DNA from: Antedon mediterranea
Taxonomy: Eukaryota; Animalia; Echinodermata
Assembly: GCF_964355755.1 (NCBI RefSeq)
Contig: NC_092672.1
Location: 24,503,237 to 24,567,236, forward strand
DNA length: 64,000 nt
Direction of reading: 5' to 3'
In this document: in pieces, positions 29,101-40,600 of the stretch
Layout of the letters: each line of letters begins with the position of its first letter
Position numbering within the stretch: the stretch's first letter is position 1
The notes under the pieces: model-generated
Told to the model about the DNA's origin: nothing
What the model saw: the letters and a program-made list of their open reading frames with translations, nothing else
Database searches by the model: none
Program-made: the position numbers and the translations under genes

Positions 29101-31633
29101 GGAAATACTTTCTCTTTAAATAAAAAAGTTATAGTTGTTAATCACATATGAGACCTAATGCAAGTTGTTGTATGTGTTATATATTTTATCACAACAGAAC
29201 CAGTGTATGAAGAAAAACCAGAAATTCCTAAAGAGTTCAGGAACAAATTTGTAAGCAAACTTCGCTCTGCAAGAGAAGGTGGTGACTCTAAAGTGGATAG
29301 CAACAAGTTTGTTATGAATATCTGGGACTTTGGAGGTCAACCAATTTACCATGTGATACAACGGGTAAATTTTATTGGTGTATTTAATTTGTATTAATAG
29401 AGATTAGTTTTGCCGTCAATATTCAATATACATGCCTTCTTCTGAGGTTCTGTTAGTTTCAGTGTATACTTTGTCTTTTGGCCTTGTTACAATATCAGCA
29501 CTGAAATCAAAAAGCTTGCTCACTTGATTTGAAGTTAAGAATCTACAATCTTCCTCCAAGGTATTACAAAAATGTGGATCTAATATAGTACAATATGTCA
29601 GTATCAGATATAAAATACAATTATTATTATTATTACAATATTATAAATTATTTTATTCTTCATTTAATTGAATACAGTCAACTCAGTCTCTAGTCTCTAA
29701 TTACCAGAAACCAAAACCAGACTTGAGGTCAAAAAAGATAAAATACATTTGGAATATCAGAATTTCTGTAAACCCAGACATTATTATGCCAGCCAAAGGG
29801 TGTCCAGTTTTGAGAGACTTTAAGTAAAATAGTATTCATTGATATGTACCATAATGTAATATTAGCGTAGATGGATAACAAAGAGGGAGAGAGAGAGAGG
29901 AAGAATGTAATATTAAACATTCATTATTTATTAAACCAATGATTAAGATTGTAAATGTTTCCAAGGTGAACATGCAGTTTGTGAGGAAAACAAAAGTATC
30001 AAATAATCAGTTGTGCCAGTATACTGACACATGTGTATAAACAGTTTGTAATATTGACTATTATGATTATGTTTACTAGATATTCATGGTATCTTATGCT
30101 GTTGTATGTGTGGTATTCAACATGAAGGAAGGTCTTAATGCCCCAGCTAAAGTTCTGGATCCAACAACTGTAAGTAGATTTTACAAATTTCAAATGTTTA
30201 TGTACATGTTATGTTATTCTTTACCTTAACACAAACTGTACAAATAGCAGATGCCTGATATATGATTGTTGTCATTTTCACTTCCATGATAGTGTTGTTT
30301 TTCTATATAAATTTGTGCTGCTAATAATAATAGATAATTTTCCACAATGTTTCAAACTAGAATTTTAAGAATTTAAAATGTAAATTTTGTTCATTTTTTT
30401 TTGTTTAGGGAGAAATGTATGAACATCGAATGACAAATCTTGACTTCATTCTGTTTTGGATTCGTTCAGTTTTTGTAAATGTAAGAAAAGGACAAAATAA
30501 CAAGATAATGCTAATTGGTACACATTATGAGAGCCTTGGTAAAACTGAACAAGAAAGACAACAAAGGGTACATATATCATCACATTTCCTTTTAAACAGT
30601 ACAAAATTGTATATTGTCATTAATTCATTGGAAACAATATGTAGTTTCATCACTAACATTAGCAATCATGTATGATTGTTTTATACGTCATGTCATGAGC
30701 ATACTACTGTACTGTGCTGGCTTATGATTAACTTAACTTAATTTTATTTGTCATTTGGATATAATAAAACAAATAAAAGGGTATACAAATATCTATGATT
30801 TAGCAAACATTTTGAATTTGTTTTCTTATATTGGTATAATTATACAATGTATACTGGGTAAGTAAATACGTAACATAACTTAAATGAAACACTTTTTGCA
30901 CTTTACAAAAGGGGTTGGGGTTGGCTAAGCACACTCTAAATCTTCCCCTGACATAAGTATATTTCCAATATGATGTTATTTATTTTAGGTAAAAGAAATA
31001 GAGAATATACTTTGGAAAGCCCTGGAAGGAAAACCATTTGAGGACATGGTGTATCAAGGAGAGGTATTTACAATAGAAAACAGTGTCTCATTTGATAAGA
31101 GCGGTGCTTCTAAAATCATCCTCCAAATACAAGAATTAGTCCAGATGATGATTCTTACTTTTCCTATCAAATGGCTGCAAGTAATGCAGGAAATACAGCT
31201 AAGAAAAAAGGAAAAGGAAAGAAAAGGGGAAAAACTACTGTATCTACCAACGTCTGAGGTTAGAAATATATTTTTCTTTCTTTCAGCTTGATCTCAATTA
31301 TATATCTTTACAGTTTAGTCATGTAAAACAATAACCAGTTACATTCGTTTAGACTAAATATTAGTTGAGGATAATACATAGTTGATTGTTTAAAACAACT
31401 ATCATTATAACCATCTTTTAAAAGTGTATAGGAAACAAGTTGGCTTATTGTTGGTAGAAATTTTGCCCATGAGGGTATAATGTAAACTTGCTTTATTTGT
31501 CAATGTTTATTGACTGTTTATGACGAATGTCATCGGTAACAGAACGGTGTAATTTTAGTTTTTTTTTATTTTTATTTTTTTTAAATGTTATTTATTGTAC
31601 ATCCAACAGTGTAAACACCAATTACAGGATGAA

Positions 31634-31664
<31 letters not shown>

Positions 31665-34600
31665 AGAACTATATAACAATTAGAATCATATTAATAACAT
31701 TAATAAAATAATTTAAAATTTAAAATTATTTAAAATTATCTAACCAACTTATGATAGACTTATGGTAGACAACATACCAAAATGCCATTGTAACATTGTT
31801 CAGAAATACAAAATGATTTAATAAGTTTCAAATTTCAATTCTAACCCTTTCATGACAATGAAAAAAGATGTCCTTCTAGTAACTTTTAGTCTTATTTCCA
31901 ATATGCTGTTTAACAAACACAGTAGCAAAAATTACAATGTTGGTTAAACTCCCAACTTTTAGAATTTAATTTTATTTAATTGTTATGTTTATTTGCTTTC
32001 TAGATAAATGATTTACTTGTTCGTTGTAAGATCACCAATAACAAAGTCCTTCTTGATTACTTACATGACATCGGCGAGATTCTGTTCTACCCAGATGACA
32101 AGATCCTCAAAGAAAAAATTGTTATAGATTTGATGGGAGTAGTTGACAAGTTTAAAACAATCATCACAGTTATTGATCCCAAGCTTCAGGTTAGTAATAT
32201 TATGCACTATACTTTTGTGAATAATCTGACCTAAACATTGTGATAATGTTTTTATGTGATGAATTTAGCTTCAAAATGTAATGTCTACCACAAAGAGAAA
32301 TTTTTGTCCTGGAGCCTAATATATATACTGTTTTTAAAATAGAATCAAATTTATTCAAATTTACACCTTGTTTAATTTTACTACTGTATATTCTAATACA
32401 TAAAAGCAAATATGCTTGTGCATTACAGTAGAACCCCTATTAAAGAGGACACCACATAATGTGAACCCAACAAAGTGTGATCCCTTTAATAGAGCTTAGT
32501 TGTAGAACCCCTATTAAAGAGGACACCACATAATGTGGACCCAACAAGGTGTGATCCCTTTAATAGAGGTTAGTTGTAGAACCCCTATTAAAGAGGACAC
32601 CACATAATGTGGACCCAACAAAGTGTGATCCCTTTAATAGAGGTTAGTTGTAGAACCCCTATTAAAGAGGACACCACATAATGTGGACCCAACAAAGTGT
32701 GATCCCTTTAATAGAGGTTAGTTGTAGAACCCCTATTAAAGAGGACACCACATAATGTGGACCCAACAAAGTGTGATCCCTTTAATAGAGGTTAGTTGTA
32801 GAACCCCTATTAAAGAGGACACCACATAATGTGGACCCAACAAAGTGTGATCCCTTTAATAGAGGTTAGTTGTAGAACCCCTATTAAAGAGGACACCACA
32901 TAATGTGGACCCAACAAAGTGTGATCCCTTTAATAGAGCTTAGTTGTAGAACCCCTATTAAAGAGGACACCACATAATGTGGACCCAACAAAGTGTGATC
33001 CCTTTAATAGAGGTTAGTTGTAGAACCCCTATTAAAGAGGACACCACATAATGTGGACCCAACAAAGTGTGATCCCTTTAATAGAGGTTAGTTGTAGAAC
33101 CCCTATTAAAGAGGACACCACATAATGTGGACCCAACAAAGTGGGATCCCTTTAATAGAGGTTAGTTGTAGAACCCCTATTAAAGAGGACACCACATAAT
33201 GTGGACCCAACAAAGTGTGATCCCTTTAATAGAGGTTAGTTGTAGAACCCCTATTAAAGAGGACACCACATAATGTGAACCCAACAAAGTGTGATCCCTT
33301 TAATAGAGCTTAATTGTAGAACCCCTATTAAAGAGGACATCACATAATGTGGACCCAACAAAGTGTGATCCCTTTAATAGAGGTTAGTTGTAGAACCCCT
33401 ATTAAAGAGGACACCACATAATGTGGACCCAACAAAGTGTGATCCCTTTAATAGAGGTTAGTTGTAGAACCCCTATTAAAGAGGACACCACATAATGTGG
33501 ACCCAACAAAGTGTGATCCCTTTAATAGAGCTTAGTTGTAGAACCCCTATTAAAGAGGACACCACATAATGTGGACCCAACAAAGTGTGATCCCTTTAAT
33601 AGAGCTTAGTTGTAGAACCCCTATTAAAGAGGACATCACATAATGTGGACCCAACAAAGTGTGATCCCTTTAATAGAGCTTAGTTGTAGAACCCCTATTA
33701 AAGAGGACACCACATAATGTGGACCCAACAAAGTGTGATCCCTTTAATAGAGCTTAGTTGTAGAACCCCTATTAAAGAGGACATCACATAATGTGGACCC
33801 AACAATGTGTGATCCCTTTAATAGAGGTTAGTTGTAGAACCCCTATTAAAGAGGACACCACATAATGTGAACCCAACAAAGTGTGATCCCTTTAATAGAG
33901 GTTAGTTGTAGAACCCCTATTAAAGAGGACACCACATAATGTGGACCCAACAAAGTGTGATCCCTTTAATAGAGGTTAGTTGTAGAACCCCTATTAAAGA
34001 GGACACCACATAATGTGAACCCAACAAAGTGTGATCCCTTTAATAGAGGTTAGTTGTAGAACCCCTATTAAAGAGGACACCACATAATGTGGACCCAACA
34101 AAGTGTGATCCTTTTAATAGAGGTTAGTTGTAGAACCCCTATTAAAGAGGACATCACATAATGTGGACCCAACAAAGTGTGATCCCTTTAATAGAGGTTA
34201 GTTGTAGAACCCCTATTAAAGAGGACACCACATAATGTGGACCCAACAAAGTGTGATCCCTTAAATAGAGGTTAGTTGTAGAACCCCTATTAAAGAGGAC
34301 ACCACATAATGTGAACCCAACAAAGTGTGATCCCTTTAATAGAGGTTTGTTGTAGAACCCCTATTAAAGAGGACATCACATAATGTGAACCCAACAAAGT
34401 GTGATCCCTTTAATAGAGGTTAGTTGTAGAACCCCTATTAAAGAGGACACCACATAATGTGAACCCAACAAAGTGTGATCCCTTTAATAGAGGTTAGTTG
34501 TAGAACCCCTATTAAAGAGGACACCACATAATGTGGACCCAACAAAGTGTGATCCCTTTAATAGAGCTTAGTTGTAGAACCCCTATTAAAGAGGACACCA

Positions 34601-37600
34601 CATAATGTGAACCCAACAAAGTGTGATCCCTTTAATAGAGCTTAGTTGTAGAACCCCTGTTAAAGAGGACACCACATAATGTGGACCCAACAAAGTGTGA
34701 TCCCTTTAATAGAGCTTAGTCGTAGTTGTAAATGGTATAATTGTTTATTTCGTGAGAAGAAATCAACAAATTAGTAATTCTTCGTACTATGGTTTCTGTT
34801 TTACAAACGAATGTTAATTTTATATAATATTTTTTAACAACATATTTCTTCACAATCATGTGTCAATTTTGAGAAATCATCGATTGATTTTGGTACTCTA
34901 TTTTGATATACATCGCGATGTATCGGCGTGAGTGATGTTGGTTCCGCAAAGGAAACATGTTACAAATTTATCTGCAACATCCAAAAATCTGTACCACCTG
35001 ATTGTACTTCACCAATCTTAGTATGATTAGAGATTGAGGAATCCCCTAAAACGCACGGAGTGCAGCAGTTTAAGTGTGTAAAAAATCAACACAAATGTAT
35101 CCTTCGCGAGTCGAGGAATTTTGGTTTATTTTGCTACTTACAAACGTTGTAAACGGACATTTTTAGTGAAAGAAGAAGATATGCTTGTTTAAAAATTGTT
35201 TCCTGCTCAACATGGTGTATGATTATGGCTTGTTAGAAACACAGTTTAGAGAAAATAAGAGGCCAAACAAAAGATAGCTAGCCTAGCGCCAATGTCCTAT
35301 CTAGGCTCTAGCTTAGCTAGAGTGTAGTAGGCTACTGACTTTCAATATACTTCTTTGCTAGGTTAGGACTGAGGGGTAGCAACATACTACTCTAGGCTAA
35401 TAATGCTAAATGTCTAATAACGGCAGTCAAACCGACAATTATAAACAGATGATTAATATTTGCAAGAAAACCATACAAAACTTTTCGTAATAGTGTTTAG
35501 GCCCATGTTGAAAACCTAGTTAGGCTAAACAAAACCAGGCTACATTTGGGTGGCATGATCTGAGTCCTTGGTATCTAGGGCCTATATATGTTTACCACAC
35601 TATTTTTCAATTCGATTTCAATCAGCTTTTATTATTTCACATCAAAAAAAGCTATAGCTTTTAGTATTAAAAAGTAGATGAAGATATGAAATATAACACA
35701 ATTCAGCCTATTTTTCTTCTTGGAAATTAATACTTAAATTATGTAATTAATGAATAATTTATTACTCATAATCATCGATCGATCGATCTTTTCTACCTTC
35801 AAGTGGTAGTGAATTGGAGCTGAATTTTAGGCCTGAAGTATATGGTAATACACTTATCTAATAGATATGTTTCTAATTTTGGAGAGGTTTTAGTGACCAG
35901 AAGAATAGTAATTACTTTGTTGCATTGACAAATTACACTTTTGTGCTTTTCTTTTTTTTTAGCCATCTCTGAAACAGCTTTGGAGAAATTTAAACGAAGG
36001 TAAACTAGATGAAAAACTGTTGCGGCATATTTGGAAGGATGAGTCAGATGAGATGATTGACTTCTTTGTGTCTCTCATGCAAACCTTTGGGTTAATGTGT
36101 GAAAAAAGGAGTCAAGAGGTATTTACATTTTATTTTAAATATTTAATTCAATTCTTTTTTAATATATTCTATCTAGGACTCATGTTCTATTTTTTTTTCT
36201 ATAGAATGTTGGACGAACGTTCTATGTTCTTTCACGCCTAAAGCCCCTACGTGATGATACAGAGGCTGTTGAATATGAAGAGAAACGTGCTGTTTCTCTC
36301 TTTCATGACTTTGATGGCTACCTTCCAGATGATCTCTTTCAACGTGTTGCGACTAAATTTATCGAGGAATTTCAAATGGAAGATGTTGAGCCTACATTAT
36401 CTTACGAGCATGTAGAACTGAACATTGATGGCCATCATCTTGTCATTCTAAACGTAGCTACCATCAACAATTGCCGTTTGTTCCAGGTAAACTTGATAAT
36501 GCAATCATGCCTTGAATGCCAGTAAAATCACAAGTATTATATTGGGCGATTGTTCTTATGTTGTTTATTATATGTTTATTAAACCATTTCTTTGTTTTTG
36601 TTGGTCACCACTTCTGGATATAACAGATATTATAATATACACTTTCAGTAACTTTAAATTTACTTGGTTTATTGCCATTTCTGGAATGATATCAGTAGTA
36701 ATCACTTTGGAATTGATTTGTTTTTTATATTGCAGACAACAATTGTCAGAACGACAATCATGAAAACAGAATCAGGAAGCAGCTCTCCTGAAGATGATGA
36801 TCCACAACCTAGCATCTGTAAGAAGGTAAGCTATAAGTACCAAAGAAACTATAATACTTTATGCTACATTTAATTAGCACAAACTTTGAATTTCATTAGG
36901 GTGTGAATTTTACAATGTTATCTATGCCTAGTATAATTTACTTGCTTGATGATATTTGTCAGTGTAACTTTATAAACTATAAGTACCAAATAAACTAATG
37001 TTAATAGTATAATTTTGCTTGTTTTGTCAGTGTAAATTTATAAGTTCCTGGGTTGTTTTTGAATGATTATAAATGTCTTTGTAAATATGTAATATAAGAT
37101 ATAAGATAAGACAAGATAAAATTATTATTATTTTTCTCTTTAAATCATCTTAAATGTAGTGAAGTCATTTTATTGAGATTATTTGAAATATTTTTTTTTT
37201 CTAGGTCCTTAATTTCCTTGAAAAAGAATTGCAAGTTTTAAGTCAGAATGGTGCACGTGGTGTTGAAGTAAAGATGTACATCCGTTGTGCATGTTCAAAT
37301 AGTGAACGTACTCATATGCAGGTTGTTCGCAAATTTGACCAAGATGTGTTGCCATGTAAAAGCAAAGCAATGGACGTGAAACGTTACCGTAAACTGTTTG
37401 GAGAAATAAAAGATGAACAAGGTATATGCCTAATAATCCATAATACATATGACATAAAACAAAACAGGCAAACATTCTTATTTTTGTTCTTTAACTAATG
37501 ATATTCCAAACCTCAAATTTTCAGTTGATGCATTTTAACCTTTATCTCTAGTTTTTATTTTACATGTAAAAAATACCTTTGCTTAATGATGTTTTATCAT

Positions 37601-40600
37601 TTGTATTTAGCTTCTATCTCAAAATCTAATACTGACCAACCTTCTTCTATAAAGAAAAGAAAAACCGCTTTAGAAAATTCTTATAATGCGAGTGGCAGCG
37701 ATGCCCAATCTTCTTTATCAAAAGTTCAAAGAACTACTGGTAATGTTTTATGTTGTTGGTTAGCATAATAACAACACCATTTTGTTTTATTCAAGAAATA
37801 ACTTTACTCATTATATTTCTATTATAAAAACTATGCACACAATTTATTTTATTTGCAATTATACACGCCTCAGTGTATCCTTGTCTTTATACACGCCTCA
37901 GTGTATCCTTGTCTTTATACACGCCTCAGTGTATCCTTGTCTTTATACACGCCTCAGTGTATCCATGTCTTTATACACGCCTCAGTGTATCCTTGTCTTT
38001 ATACACGCCTCAGTGTATCCTTGTCTTTATACACGCCTCAGTGTATCCTTGTCTTTATACACGCCTTAGTGTATCCTTGTCTTTCTACACGGCTCAGTGT
38101 ATCCTTGTCTTTCCACACGGCTCAGTGTATCCTTGTCTTTATACACGCCTCAGTGTATCCTTGTCTTTATACACAAGTGTGTTTGAATGCACAACTGTCG
38201 TTTGAGCAGAATCATCCTGGATCGTGGAATACCCTGCAGAACCCGATGGGTATTTTTGAAATGTAGATCGAAATGTATTGTTGGTTTGTGGTTGTTGTGA
38301 TTGTTCACCGTGTGCTAAGTTGTGCAAAAGGTCTACGCGGACGGTTGCCCAAGAGCACTTTGTGTGCGGAATTGACGGTCGTACAGTTGCCATGAAGTCG
38401 GATATTGTTTTTTAGGCTTTAAATAAATTTCAGATAAGTAAATAATTTTTTGCAGATCTTGAGCGTGGGCGGACAGGTATATGGTTGCAAAGTCAAAGAA
38501 AGCCGTGAACCACTCCTGTTCATCTAACCCCGTCTTTTCAATTTAGGGACAAGTTCAAGACCCCCATTGTATTGTATATTGAACGTTATTGGTGGTTCAC
38601 GGGGGCGAAGATCACACATGTCGACAAACCTATGGGCCTGAATTTTATTCTTTAGGGTTTCGGAAAGAGCTCCAGCCTTGACCCCACCGGAATAGTTGAA
38701 AGGATTGGAAATAAGATTTCCTTCGGCCAGAGGGATAGGGATATGTTTACATTATGGCGGGGTACTATCGCTAATTGTATCAATTTCCTGGGGGATGCCC
38801 GTCGTGAGGTCTCATTCAGCGGGAGAATCAGTTAGTTCGGACATATTTCGTTCGATGATGTTAGTAATATCAACTGTCAACGATGGGTTACCCTTCAATT
38901 GTTGAACCTTGGCGGAAAGGTTTTTAACAATCGCCGTAAGTTCTGCCAGTTCCGTTGCCCCAGTTTTCTTAGGCCTCCTCTTGGCAGGTGTGTTGGTTTT
39001 TGCCTTCTTAGTGGGTCGGGTCTTTGCATCATGTAGATATAGAAGGCCTCTTTATCTACCCACTAGACTAGACACATTAATGTACAATAGATAGCATAGG
39101 ATGGATCATGTAGATATGGAAGGCAACGAACAACTGACATAGACCATTTTAAATCTATGTTTTTGTAGCCTCTTTATCTACCCACTAGACTAGACTCATT
39201 AATGTACAATAGATAGCATATGATGCATCATGTAGATATGGAAGGCAACAAACAACTGACATAGACCATTTTAAATCTATGTTTTTGTAGCCTCTTTATC
39301 TACCCACTAGACTAGACTCATTAATGTACAATAGATAGCATCTGATGGATCATGTAGATATGGAAGGCAACAAACAACTGACATACACTATTTTAAATCT
39401 TCATGTTTTTGTAGCCTCTTTATCTACCCACTAGACTAGACTCATTAATGTACAATAGATAGCATATGATGCATCATGTAGATATGGAAGGCAACAAACA
39501 ACTGACATAGACCATTTTAAATCTATGTTTTTGTAGCCTCTTTATCTACCCACTAGACTAGACTCATTAATGTACAATAGATAGCATCTGATGGATCATG
39601 TAGATATGGAAGGCAACAAACAACTGACATACACTATTTTAAATCTCTATGTTTTTGTAGCCTCTTTATCTACCCACTAGACTAGACGCATCAATGTACA
39701 ATATATAGCATCTGATGCATCATGTAGATATGGAAGGCAACAAACAACTGACATCTCGCAAGAATCATTATTGTTAGTTGGCTATCCGTAGAGACCATTA
39801 TGTATCATATGGAAAGTTGTCAAATGAAAAATATATGAATAGGATACGGAATCATAAAACAGTGCATCTTAGTGTTATTAACAGAACAGTGTATTGAATT
39901 CAATTCACATTTATTTACTCATCCTTTATAGTATACTGTAGTTTCATAGCATAAATGATGGCAAGGATCCTGCATAAAGAAGTTTTCGCAGGACCCTTTT
40001 ACATAAAAAAACATAAAACAATAAACACAACATAATAGATATAAAGTAAAAAAACATTTTAAATATACATTTTCTATATACATTTTAGAGTTGTTCATCA
40101 TCAAAAAGCGATAGTGTTTTTCTAACATGATTATTGTGATACTGTATTCTTTATATGTATATGTTTATTTTGTATAGATACACAGACTACTACTCCTCTA
40201 GCTACAAGCTCATTACGAACAGGTTAGTTGATTATCATTTGATCATTAGAGATCCTTGGATAGGGTAGTGTTACAACCACTAATGTAGAAAATATTAGCT
40301 AATGTTGAAATGGCAAAGCTAAATGTAGAAATAACAAATTGCTCATATGTAATTAGTACCAGCTAAGGTGAGAAAATGCTTCACAACTATGATTAAACTA
40401 CTGTTTGGAACTACATCAAGAAACCTGAAGGATAGATACATTATGTGAAGTTAAATGTAATATAAAGTTGGTAATACATAAGGATAACAACTAAGGAGAT
40501 TCTGTATTAATCACTTTCAACTACCATGTCTGTGTTTTGGGGATATTAATTATTCCCTATGCAGGAATATAAATTTTGATCTGATTTCTGGAAAGTTTGT

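Noticed and set aside
31638-31663. (TA)n microsatellite
   Set aside because: Ordinary simple repeat.
32428-34720. CRISPR-like array of palindromic repeats
   Set aside because: Units are identical end to end with no unique spacers, there are no cas genes, and the context is a eukaryotic intron.
37782-38266. Overlapping ORFs of 95-137 aa with repeated YTPQCILVFIHASVYPCL
   Set aside because: Artefact of translating the 28-bp minisatellite.
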